The notes under the pieces: model-generated | The model's database searches: none | What the model was told of the DNA's origin: nothing | The model's input: the letters and a program-made list of their open reading frames with translations, nothing else | DNA from: Thermoplasmatales archaeon | Lineage (GTDB): Archaea; Thermoplasmatota; E2; DHVEG-1 | Assembly: GCA_020341795.1 (NCBI GenBank) | Contig: CP070836.1 | Span: 1,535,613-1,599,612, forward strand | Reading direction: 5' to 3' | Length of the DNA: 64,000 nt | Part shown: in pieces, positions 41,101-50,599 of the stretch | Layout of the letters: each line of letters begins with the position of its first letter | Position numbering within the stretch: the first letter of the stretch is position 1 | Translations under genes and position numbers: made by a program

Positions 41101-41170
41101 TTAAAAGTGGAGGTGGAGAGAGGGGAGAAGAGGGAGAATACAGGGATGGGAATGCATATCCCCTCTCTCA
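41101..41170 (-). other. 3'-UTR hairpin with C/U-rich loop, followed by CACCTCC and a T tract
   Basis: Perfect 11-bp stem 41116-41126/41159-41169 starting 16 nt after the beta-propeller stop codon. Confidence 0.55.
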
Positions 41171-41185
41171 AATATATATGGTCGT

Positions 41186-43240
41186 TTAAACAAGTTTTAA
41201 ACTATTTAATTCACTTAAATCTTCAAGACTATTCATTTTAATCATACTATCTGAAATTGTATAAAGAATATTATGGATGTAGAGTGAACGACGAATTTCT
41301 TTAGGCCCATAATATCCCCAATTACCTGTTTTAATTATATCTTGATTTTCCAGATGTGATATTCTACCTCGATATTCAAAACCATCAAGGTTCAAACGAT
41401 AAACATAAGCACCTTGAAAAGTAAAATCACCACGGATATTGCCTGTATAACCATTGTTTTTTTCTTTGATTTCATCTGCTATTTCACATAGACTAATTGG
41501 TATTACTAAGAGTTCTTTTTCTCTATCAAATAAAAATGCTTTATGATCATATAGAGCAGGACTACTAGTTCCTCTATCACCAATTATAACCTTTGAAAGT
41601 TCTTTTGGATTATCAAAATCACTTACATCAAAAAGTGCGATTTTAATTCCTTGATACCATGCAAAATCTACATTTCTTGACTCCTTTAAATCATCCATAG
41701 CTTCTACGGTATCTTTTCCAATTCCAATGATATGATTTTCATCAAACGGATGTAAATAATCTGAATAACCTGGAATTTTAAGTTTTCCAAGAACTTGTGG
41801 ATTTTTTGGATCTGATAAATCCAATGTAAAAAAAGGATCTACTTTTTTGAAGGTTACAAGATATGCTTTTTCACCCATGAATCTAGCTGAATAAATTTGT
41901 TCTCCAGAGGCAATGCTTTCGATTTCTGAGACTCTATTTAGTTCATGATCTAGTATATACACGTTATTACTTGATTTTTTTTCAGAATCCCATACATTAC
42001 CTATTGTAGTAGCGATTCTAAAATATCCATCATGTTCATCCATTGAAAACTGATTTAATATTCTACCAGGTACTTCACCTTGTGTTATATATGAAATATC
42101 TCTGTTTTTAATTGATATTTTATGAATAATTGTTTTTTCAGTTGATCTTCTATATCCTATACCAGATGATATTAGAGACTCCTCGAATTCATAACTAGTT
42201 TGAGCAAGATATATATTATTTTTTGAAACATACATATTTTCAGAACTACTTATTAAAAAGCTTTCTTGATCGACTTCTTTATTATCAAGATTAATTGCTA
42301 TAACATTAGTCATTATATTAATAGGATCTGAAGAATCAACATAATGTATATGATTTGCAGGTAGTTTTTTTGTAACACCATTAATTGTTACTTGTGGAAT
42401 ATTGATTGTTTCATTACCTTCAAAAATTCTGTAAATTAATCCTGTATATTCTTGTGTAATAATATAAATTTGATTATTAATCATCCGTGAATCTACATAG
42501 TCTCCATCGATTTCAATTTCTTTTATAACTTTAGGATTTTTTCTATTAGAAACATCATAAATATTTACAATTGTTGAAGTAAATAATGGCCACCAACACT
42601 CAATATAATCTTCTTCATTAGACTCAGGGTATGGTATTTCTCGATATGAAGATCCAAAAATTACTAATTTGTTCTCATTTATGAAAATATTATTCACATA
42701 TATTGAATTATTTAATGAGATTTCAGAAAATAGATCAGAATCTATAGTTGGATAAGCGTTAATAATATAAACTTTTGAATTAGCGATCATATAAATATAT
42801 GTTCCATCTGTTTTTATTATATCAGGTTCATCCATACCCTCAACTTGATTGTTTGTTTTTGAATAATCAACAACAGTTTCACCATCAATACTAATATCGA
42901 GAATAGTTGATGATGGTGACATTGATTTACCTGTGGATCTAGTAGAAAATAAATTAACTTGCGGACCACCCCAATCTTCTAAATAATACCAACCATATCC
43001 TCCATTTCCACTCCAATTATTTTGTAAATAATCTATAAAATCGTCATATGAAGAAAATGTTTTCAAATCACTAGTTGAACCATTATCAAAATAATGTCTA
43101 AAAAACCAATCAAAAGAGTTACCAAATACACTGGGTTGAACATTAATTGCATAAACAAAACTAATTATTATAATAATACTCGCAAAAGCAATTTCTTTTT
43201 TTTTCAAACTTTTTTTATCCATATAATCACATCTTTTCAA
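41186..43240 (-). CDS. Membrane-anchored beta-propeller domain protein (COG4880-like)
   Basis: N-terminal TM; YSKTNNQVEGMDEPDIIKTDG, NQFSMDE, IYSARF, VDPFF, LKIPGYSDYLHP. Confidence 0.88.
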   Translation of the reverse strand: MKRCDYMDKKSLKKKEIAFASIIIIISFVYAINVQPSVFGNSFDWFFRHYFDNGSTSDLKTFSSYDDFIDYLQNNWSGNGGYGWYYLEDWGGPQVNLFSTRSTGKSMSPSSTILDISIDGETVVDYSKTNNQVEGMDEPDIIKTDGTYIYMIANSKVYIINAYPTIDSDLFSEISLNNSIYVNNIFINENKLVIFGSSYREIPYPESNEEDYIECWWPLFTSTIVNIYDVSNRKNPKVIKEIEIDGDYVDSRMINNQIYIITQEYTGLIYRIFEGNETINIPQVTINGVTKKLPANHIHYVDSSDPINIMTNVIAINLDNKEVDQESFLISSSENMYVSKNNIYLAQTSYEFEESLISSGIGYRRSTEKTIIHKISIKNRDISYITQGEVPGRILNQFSMDEHDGYFRIATTIGNVWDSEKKSSNNVYILDHELNRVSEIESIASGEQIYSARFMGEKAYLVTFKKVDPFFTLDLSDPKNPQVLGKLKIPGYSDYLHPFDENHIIGIGKDTVEAMDDLKESRNVDFAWYQGIKIALFDVSDFDNPKELSKVIIGDRGTSSPALYDHKAFLFDREKELLVIPISLCEIADEIKEKNNGYTGNIRGDFTFQGAYVYRLNLDGFEYRGRISHLENQDIIKTGNWGYYGPKEIRRSLYIHNILYTISDSMIKMNSLEDLSELNSLKLV

Positions 43241-43362
43241 CTTTACATTTGAGTTATATTACTCTTAGTTTATATATGGTCTGAAAACGTTCGGAAAAAG
43301 CCAAACAGTTATTTCATTAATTTATAATTCTTTAGGTAAGAAATTTATAGAAATTTTGTAAA

Positions 43363-44688
43363 TTATAGATTTGTTACTTTTTCTTTAAATTTAATATTCA
43401 TCTGTTTTAGTTCATCTAGTATTGGATTATATATTTCAGGGATAACTGGAATATGAACTCCTCTTAAGTTAATCTTATTTTTAAGTATCATTTTGACGGC
43501 TATTGCTGCAGGTAGTGAAACTGTTCGTGCAATAGCTGAATCCGCATTTGGAATTCCATAGTCAATAAAGGTTGAAGTAATGAACTCTTTTTTAGTTGGG
43601 TAATTTACTATAAATTCATGATGCATTACTATCATATCTCTTTGGTCAGGTTTAAGAGTCATTTTTTTCAAGGTTATTACATTAAGATAATCCAATGGAT
43701 TATCTTTATCAGCAGGTAGAGTTTCATTACTAAAAAGACCTAACCATTCAAGTCTTTTTATAACAGTTGAATATGTTGTAAGCTCTAAAAATCTGGCAGA
43801 AGAAATTATTAAATCTTCATCTGATTTTGCATTAATAAGAAACCTTGTTAAATCACCATAAGTTTTTCCTTTAAATTTACTAAGAGGTTTTTCATTTAAC
43901 CAACCTAAAGCTGCAATTTTTCTAAAGGTTTCACACCAACCAGTCATTCTAAAAGTTCCACGATAAACAGTATGTGCGTCTTTTAGTCCATATATATCTT
44001 TATAAGGAACTGAATTACGGTTGGGGTAATTTTCAAAACTTCCTATATCTGGGACATCTTGGATATAATAATTTTCAAAAAGTTGTTCTCCAGGATATGA
44101 TATTATTTTTCCATTCTCTATCCATTTTGAAGGATTTTTTGATGCAAGAAGGACACCGCGAGGAGCCCATGAAAATTTATAACCAAATGGATTATTGTTT
44201 GTTTCGAAGGCAGGTAGTGCACCTGTTGAAGACTTAAAACTTAGAATTTTACCTCCATTTTTTTCTATTTTATGAATAACTATCATTGCAGACATATGAT
44301 CGATACCGGGATCAAGACCACATTCATTTAATATCAAGATACCTGCATTTTTTGCTTCTTTGTCAAGGGCTATCATATCATCGCTAACATAAGAGGTTGT
44401 AACCATTGGAATCTTATGTTTAATACATATTTTTGCAACTTTTACATGATAGATATAGGGTAAGAGGCTGACAGTTAGATCAGATTCAGAAATTAATTTT
44501 TCTAATAAGTTTTCATCTCTTACGTTTAATGATATTGCTTTTCCTCTTGGATGGTTATCTATTATTTTTTCCGCTTTGCTAACGGTTCTACTAGCCATTG
44601 TAACATAAAAATCTGGTATTTCAAGAAGATATCTTATCATAGGTCTTGAAATGAGTCCCGCGCCAAGCACTAAAATTTTTTTTTCCAT
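43363..44688 (-). CDS. Saccharopine dehydrogenase (SDH, glutamate-forming type)
   Basis: LGAG, SLLPY, TTSY, ECGLDPGIDHMSA, YKFSWAP, YPNRNS, RGTFR, SAIARTV. Confidence 0.92.
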   Translation of the reverse strand: MEKKILVLGAGLISRPMIRYLLEIPDFYVTMASRTVSKAEKIIDNHPRGKAISLNVRDENLLEKLISESDLTVSLLPYIYHVKVAKICIKHKIPMVTTSYVSDDMIALDKEAKNAGILILNECGLDPGIDHMSAMIVIHKIEKNGGKILSFKSSTGALPAFETNNNPFGYKFSWAPRGVLLASKNPSKWIENGKIISYPGEQLFENYYIQDVPDIGSFENYPNRNSVPYKDIYGLKDAHTVYRGTFRMTGWCETFRKIAALGWLNEKPLSKFKGKTYGDLTRFLINAKSDEDLIISSARFLELTTYSTVIKRLEWLGLFSNETLPADKDNPLDYLNVITLKKMTLKPDQRDMIVMHHEFIVNYPTKKEFITSTFIDYGIPNADSAIARTVSLPAAIAVKMILKNKINLRGVHIPVIPEIYNPILDELKQMNIKFKEKVTNL

Positions 44689-44739
44689 AAATATCTACTA
44701 TTTTATTATTAAAAGTTAGAACCTGCAAAAAGTCATCAA

Positions 44740-46038
44740 TTATAAAAAACTGTTGATATACTCATATTCTGGAGTAAGTTTTCCTTTATATAATATCACA
44801 GCTTTTTTAATCTCTGATGGTAAAGCTAAATTTTTAAAATCCGTAGAATAATCAGCTTTTACAATCGGTGGAATAAAACGAATAAGAGAATCGCTAAAAG
44901 CCTTAGAGGATTCAAATGGTAGTTCACAAGGTAGATTATCGATAGCCATAACAACAACACCACTACCATTATATCCATCTACTATATCACGACGGATAGG
45001 ATTGTAAACGAAAACAGGATTCCCAGGTGTGGTAGTTTTTTCTGTAAATTCAATAGCTCCATTTATATCAACGCTTATATCTCCTACAACTTGTAATTTC
45101 ATTTGTCTTGTATAATTTTTTTCAAGGAAATATTTAGTAATTAACCTTGGATATTTTTCACTCCAATATATACAATTCATAAGTATTGAAAGCCGGTGAA
45201 TATATTGTTGAAAAACAGAGTGATAAAGATGTGGATTATTATAATAATCTTGAAGGTTAAAACTTTTTTCTGTGTGGATTGGTTCAACTAAATCTTCTTC
45301 TTTAAAAACTACTTTATAAATAATTTTATCAGAAAAGTTTTCATGAATAGCTTCAAGTTGTTTTGGTCTGATTTCATCAACGGGTAATAAATCAAGTATT
45401 TCTTGTGCACCTTTTGACACATTTCCATAACCTACAAATCCTACGACTATTGGTGTTAGAAAATCTGGGATTCCTTTTTCTCGTATTTTATTTCCTATGC
45501 TCTCAATATGTTCTTTTGCTTCGTCTAAATTTTTATAATTTATAGTTTGTTTAATTTGACTAAGTGATGTATCAATACCTCTCCATTTAACACGTTGTCC
45601 AAAAGCCCATAAAATGTCTATCATTCCTACAATACCTGCATATCGTCCAAAAAACACGAGACGACGCCCTTGATTATCTATTATTTTCTCATAATCAATT
45701 AGGGTACATCCTAACTCTATCATTTTTTTAAGCATAGGCATATTTTTTTTCTGACCTTTAATCGTATGTGAGAAAAAAAGATATGTCTTGCCTTGAGAAA
45801 AAAAGTTATTTGGGATTTCTTTAATTGCAAAAACTGCATTAGAGGAAGATACATCTTCGACAACAGTTGCTCCAACTTGTTGATATTCTTTATCTGTAAA
45901 TGCTCTTATTTGAGATGGTTGAATCAATGTGTCAATGTTGTGTTTTTCTTTAAGCTCTTTTACATGCTCTGGTGTTATTGGTACACGTTTTTCCCACTTG
46001 TTTTTATCTTCTCTTCTAATCCCTAGTTTAAAGCTCAT
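44740..46038 (-). CDS. Lysine-ketoglutarate reductase (LKR/LOR; AASS N-terminal-like)
   Basis: GIRREDKNKWEKRVP, FFSHTIKGQ..NM, IDYE, FG.YAG, GNVS.GA, DIS.D..G, IDNLP. Confidence 0.9.
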   Translation of the reverse strand: MSFKLGIRREDKNKWEKRVPITPEHVKELKEKHNIDTLIQPSQIRAFTDKEYQQVGATVVEDVSSSNAVFAIKEIPNNFFSQGKTYLFFSHTIKGQKKNMPMLKKMIELGCTLIDYEKIIDNQGRRLVFFGRYAGIVGMIDILWAFGQRVKWRGIDTSLSQIKQTINYKNLDEAKEHIESIGNKIREKGIPDFLTPIVVGFVGYGNVSKGAQEILDLLPVDEIRPKQLEAIHENFSDKIIYKVVFKEEDLVEPIHTEKSFNLQDYYNNPHLYHSVFQQYIHRLSILMNCIYWSEKYPRLITKYFLEKNYTRQMKLQVVGDISVDINGAIEFTEKTTTPGNPVFVYNPIRRDIVDGYNGSGVVVMAIDNLPCELPFESSKAFSDSLIRFIPPIVKADYSTDFKNLALPSEIKKAVILYKGKLTPEYEYINSFL

Positions 46039-46094
46039 AAAGGTGGTTCTCCAGAATCCTTCATCTATTATGTTTTTAAAAAGATTATGAGGAT

Positions 46095-47177
46095 TTATTT
46101 ATATCTTAGAATTGCCCCAACATGACCAAGGTTTTTTAGTTCAGGATCATTAGAAAATTCAATTTCTGCATCTGTTCTTTCTGCAAACTCAAGTATTTCT
46201 TCTAATATATCTACTTGTGATACTTTATTTTTACAATAAGGACAATGATTTTTATATCCTTTTTTAACTATTTGACAATGTTCACAAATCCAACCTTTTA
46301 TTTTTATATCTTTTTCTATTATTAAGAGTTCAACTTGTCCATTTTTTACAGCTTGAAGAGTATCTTCAAGTCCATATACTGCTAAGCCATCTCGAAGAAT
46401 TTCTTGTTTTAGATGAAAAACTGCTTCATTACTCTGTCTATATTCTTTTTCAGCAATTAAATGAATTGACTCTTTTATTAGGCGATTTTCATCTTCTACA
46501 CTAATATCAATTACATCTATTATTTTATCTTTTAAATCTCTTGGAAGCATATCTATAAAATGATTTTTTGTATTGCCAGGTCCTGCGATAATAATTTGTT
46601 TATCTACTTTTTTTTGCAACTCTTCAACTACTTCTTTTAAAAATTGTTGTATTGCACCTCTCCTAAGTCTATTAAAACGAGCTTGTGAACATCCTCCTTT
46701 TTTATGTTTATTTATAATGTCTTTAGAAAGACTTTTTGAACTTTTGATTTCTCCAAAGCTAATTGAATATATTTTTGCGTAATTGGAACTCACTAAAACA
46801 AGAGTGAAAGATTCCCATTCATCCATAATTCTTACAAGAGGTCTAATATAAGGGGATGAGACAACAATTAGAGTGCTTTCAATTTTTATTGGAAGTTTAA
46901 TAATTTCAAAAAAATTGTTTTTATTAGACGAAAAAATTGCAACGCTACCTTTATTATAGTGTACTAGAGCTTTTTCAACTTTAAACATTGATTTTTTAAA
47001 ATTATCAAGTAATTCTCCTTTTAAAATTGACTCTATTGATTTTTTCCTTTTTTTAATAAACTTTGAATCTAATTCAGCTGAAAAATATAAGCTTATATAA
47101 GTATCATTACTATCTTTGTCATAAATTTCTGAGAGAGCTCGTATAACTCTATTAATATCACTAGACATAATTATCAA
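46095..47177 (-). CDS. aRF1/eRF1 paralog (baeRF/Vms1-like peptidyl-tRNA hydrolase family)
   Basis: KHKKGGCSQARF (GGQ variant), IAGPG, Zn knuckle CEHC..CPYC, C-terminal GAILRY; no NIKS motif. Confidence 0.8.
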   Translation of the reverse strand: MIIMSSDINRVIRALSEIYDKDSNDTYISLYFSAELDSKFIKKRKKSIESILKGELLDNFKKSMFKVEKALVHYNKGSVAIFSSNKNNFFEIIKLPIKIESTLIVVSSPYIRPLVRIMDEWESFTLVLVSSNYAKIYSISFGEIKSSKSLSKDIINKHKKGGCSQARFNRLRRGAIQQFLKEVVEELQKKVDKQIIIAGPGNTKNHFIDMLPRDLKDKIIDVIDISVEDENRLIKESIHLIAEKEYRQSNEAVFHLKQEILRDGLAVYGLEDTLQAVKNGQVELLIIEKDIKIKGWICEHCQIVKKGYKNHCPYCKNKVSQVDILEEILEFAERTDAEIEFSNDPELKNLGHVGAILRYK

Positions 47178-47272
47178 AAAAACAATAGTAATAATTAGTT
47201 TATAATTTCTTTTGAAAAAAATTTACTTTCACTTTACTTATACAAAATGATAAATATTAAAAATATAGATGT

Positions 47273-47560
47273 ATGATTAAAATGGTAAAAAAACAAAATT
47301 TAAAAAAAGAAATAAAAAATATTATTAGTGCCTCAGAAATCGGTCAATATTATTTTTGTTCAAATTCATGGTTTCTTCAAAAAAATGGATATATACCCAT
47401 ATCAAAGAAATTAGATACTGGAAATCGAAAACATGAAGAACTAGGAATAATCATTCATATACTTGAGAAACAAATGAAAAAAGCGAGATTAATTACACTA
47501 ACAGCTTATGTTTTATTTTTTATCTCAATTATTATTTTATTAATTGGGGTGATTTTTTGA
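47273..47560 (+). CDS. Cas4-like N-terminal fragment with C-terminal TM helix
   Basis: ISASEIGQYYFC..W and G...H Cas4 N-terminal motifs, then a hydrophobic tail. Confidence 0.7.
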   Translation: MIKMVKKQNLKKEIKNIISASEIGQYYFCSNSWFLQKNGYIPISKKLDTGNRKHEELGIIIHILEKQMKKARLITLTAYVLFFISIIILLIGVIF

Positions 47561-48087
47561 TACATTTAGTAGCTGTAGGATCATTTTTTTTCATTATAGC
47601 AATTTTTGTATTATTTATATCTAATTTAATGAAACGTAATATTAGAAGAATAAAAGATGAAAAAAATATATTTTCGGGTAAAATAACCTATAATGACCTA
47701 TACAAACCTGCAAAGCCTTTATATTCTAAAATATTAAGATTATCTGGAAAACCTGATTATATAATAAAACAAGGTAAATATTACATACCTATCGAATTAA
47801 AAACAGGAAAACACAATAAACCACAGGAAAATCACATATACCAGCTTGCAGCTTATTGTCAATTATTAGAAGATAACTATAACGGTTTTGTACCATATGG
47901 AATTCTTGTTTACAATAATATGCATCAATATAAAATTCCTTATGGCCCAAAAACTCGTTTTGAACTTGAAAATACAATTAAAAAAATGAGATATGCACTT
48001 AAAAATAAAAAAATAGTTATAAATCATAATGATATTAGACGGTGTAATTCTTGTTCAATGCGCATTTATTGTAATATTAATATGTGA
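47557..48087 (+). CDS. cas4: Cas4-like PD-(D/E)xK nuclease core with N-terminal TM helix
   Basis: TM, then SGKPD, IELK, QLAAY, GILVY and CNSC....C; TTG start overlapping the upstream TGA. Confidence 0.8.
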   Translation: MIHLVAVGSFFFIIAIFVLFISNLMKRNIRRIKDEKNIFSGKITYNDLYKPAKPLYSKILRLSGKPDYIIKQGKYYIPIELKTGKHNKPQENHIYQLAAYCQLLEDNYNGFVPYGILVYNNMHQYKIPYGPKTRFELENTIKKMRYALKNKKIVINHNDIRRCNSCSMRIYCNINM

Positions 48088-48284
48088 ATATTAATATCAA
48101 AAAGTTATTGATAATAGATTAAATAGAGTTTAAGAACAATAAGATCTTCATTATACCACATGAAATTCTTAAAAAATAAATAAAGGTTTTTCAAATCAAA
48201 GACTTAATAAAATTCTTTTTTTATTCATATGAAAATTTTAATATAAAAATATAATAAAATCCATTTAGTAAGATAATAAAAAAT

Positions 48285-48464
48285 TTATTTTTTTGTAATC
48301 ATATCAAATACATCGTTTAAAAATTCTCTTTTTTCAGGTGTCGGTGACCAACTAAACCCATTTTCATCTCTTGTAAAATTTGGTGCATTTGTATCAAACC
48401 TAGTCATAAGAGTTAAATTTCCAGTGTTTGGATCTCTACTAAAAGGTGCTAGAAAGAGCCAAGA
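48285..48464 (-). pseudogene. Short open frame, probable 5'-truncated gene remnant
   Basis: 59 sense codons (SRDPNTGNLTLMTRFDTNAPNFTRDENGFSWSPTPEKREFLNDVFDMITKK) with protein-like composition in AT-rich spacer; no SD or start upstream. Confidence 0.4.
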
Positions 48465-48572
48465 TTATTATTTACAATTATTAGAAGATAGATTAATAAT
48501 TTTGAATTCTTAGGATATTATATTTATGATATCTTAGTAGATATATGGTAAAGGTTTTTATTAAAATTGTAA

Positions 48573-50363
48573 ATGTCCCTACTCAGTATTATGAGAATAG
48601 CAGTATTGTTAAGGGATCGGTGTAAATCAAAAAATTGTACTAGAGAATGTATAAAGTTTTGCCCTAGAGTACGCGCTGGTGATGAAACCATTGTTATGGG
48701 TGAAGAAGGTAAACCAATCATTTCTGAGGAACTATGTGTTGGTTGTGGAATATGTATTCACAAGTGTCCATTTGGAGCTATTAAGATAATAGGCCTTGCT
48801 AAAGAACTTGATACTGATTTAGTTCATCAATTTGGGAAAAATAGTTTCCGACTTTATAGGTTACCAATTCCTAAGGAGGGTAGCTGTATTGGAATACTTG
48901 GGCCCAATGGTATTGGGAAAACCACTGCGATTAAAATTCTATCAGGTCAAATTATTCCGAATCTTGGAAATTATAAAAACAAATCATCATGGGATGACGT
49001 TTTAGAATATTATGCTGGCACAGAGCTTTATAATCATTTTAATCAAATTAATTCTAAAAATATATCAAGTGTTGTAAAACCGCAGTACGTTGATAGACTT
49101 CCAAAGATTTTAAAAGGTAGAATTGGTGATATTCTTAAAAAAGCTGATAGTTCTAACAATTATGATAAAATTAATGATCAATTAGGTCTTTTTTCCATTC
49201 TTGATAAACATATTGAGAAAGGTGAAATTTCTGGTGGTGAGCTTCAACTCATATCTATTGCGGCAGCTTTATTGAAAGATGTTAATATTTATTTTTTTGA
49301 TGAACCTTCAAGTTATCTTGATATACATCAGCGTTTAAAGGTTGCAAGAATAATTAAAGATTTATCACTAAAAAAAAAGGTTCTTGTTATTGAGCATGAT
49401 CTCGCAATTTTAGATTTCTTATGTGACCAAGTTCATCTTGTTTATGGAGATGAAGGAGCATATGGTGTTGTTACTTACCCACGTGGAGTTCGTCATGCAA
49501 TTAATACATATCTTTCAGGTTATTTAAAGGAGGAAAATATACGTTTTGGAGAAAAAATTGAGTTTTTTGCACATCCTCCTAAACAACGTCAGCAGATGAA
49601 TATCCTAGTAACATATGATAACCTTTCAAAAACTTATGAAGGTTTTAATCTTGATGTTGAAAATGGTGTTATTCGTCAGGGTGAAATCGTTGGAATAGTA
49701 GGTCCTAATGCAATAGGTAAAACAACTTTTGTTAAAATGCTTGCAGGGGAGATAAAACCTACAGAGGGAAAGGTTGAACATGATATTAAAATAAGCTATA
49801 AACCTCAATATATAACTCCTGATTTTGAAGGAACAGTAAGAGAATTATTTGAAAAAAAAGCCCAAGCGCTTTTTACTAGTTCTTTGTATAAAGCTGAAAT
49901 ATTTGAACAATTTAATCTTAAATACTTACTCGATAAGAAAATCGATACACTATCTGGTGGTGAACTCCAAAGAGTAGCTACTGCTAATTGTTTAGTACAA
50001 GATGCAGATATTTATCTTGTTGATGAGCCATCTGCATATCTTGATAGTGAACAGAGGATGATAACATCGCGTACAGTGAGACGGGTTATCGAAAAATCTG
50101 GTAGATCTGCAATGATAGTGGATCATGATGTATACTTTATTGATATGATTAGTGATGCATTAATTGTATTTGATGGTATTCCAGGTAAAACCGGGAAAGC
50201 ACAGGGACCCTTTAGTTTACATGAAGGTATGAATCGCTTTCTAAAAGATGTGGATATAACATTCAGACGTGATGAAGATACAAAAAGACCCCGTGTGAAT
50301 AAACCGGATTCATATATGGATAGAAAGCAACGTAAAGAAGGTGAATACTACTATAGTATTTAG
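48573..50363 (+). CDS. rli: ABCE1/RLI ribosome recycling ATPase
   Basis: N-terminal Fe-S domain (C..C..CP, CVGCGICIHKCP), two NBDs (GPNGIGKT, SGGELQ, DEPS), ITFRRD..RPRVNK. Confidence 0.97.
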   Translation: MSLLSIMRIAVLLRDRCKSKNCTRECIKFCPRVRAGDETIVMGEEGKPIISEELCVGCGICIHKCPFGAIKIIGLAKELDTDLVHQFGKNSFRLYRLPIPKEGSCIGILGPNGIGKTTAIKILSGQIIPNLGNYKNKSSWDDVLEYYAGTELYNHFNQINSKNISSVVKPQYVDRLPKILKGRIGDILKKADSSNNYDKINDQLGLFSILDKHIEKGEISGGELQLISIAAALLKDVNIYFFDEPSSYLDIHQRLKVARIIKDLSLKKKVLVIEHDLAILDFLCDQVHLVYGDEGAYGVVTYPRGVRHAINTYLSGYLKEENIRFGEKIEFFAHPPKQRQQMNILVTYDNLSKTYEGFNLDVENGVIRQGEIVGIVGPNAIGKTTFVKMLAGEIKPTEGKVEHDIKISYKPQYITPDFEGTVRELFEKKAQALFTSSLYKAEIFEQFNLKYLLDKKIDTLSGGELQRVATANCLVQDADIYLVDEPSAYLDSEQRMITSRTVRRVIEKSGRSAMIVDHDVYFIDMISDALIVFDGIPGKTGKAQGPFSLHEGMNRFLKDVDITFRRDEDTKRPRVNKPDSYMDRKQRKEGEYYYSI

Positions 50364-50599
50364 TGAAAATCTCTCTATATTAAGAATGCTTATTCTTAGA
50401 ATGATATGGTTAGGGGGATTAATGGTACTAAACCTAAGAAAAATCCCTAGAAATCACGAATTGAATGAGATATAATACTTCATAGAGACATGGTTGAAGC
50501 TTATACTTAAGGTGGTAAGGCAATCGGGGATTTTATAAGAAAAAAAGAAAAAAACTTCGCAATAGTTATAAATAAAGTTTATTTTATCCATTTCTTGAT

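Noticed and set aside
47100-48570. CRISPR array or cas operon near the Cas4-like genes
   Set aside because: No regularly spaced direct repeats and no cas1/cas2 in the window
50422-50538. Possible HicA toxin remnant (IPRNHELNE...ILK..RQSGI)
   Set aside because: Similarity is faint, there is an internal stop, and no hicB partner is present
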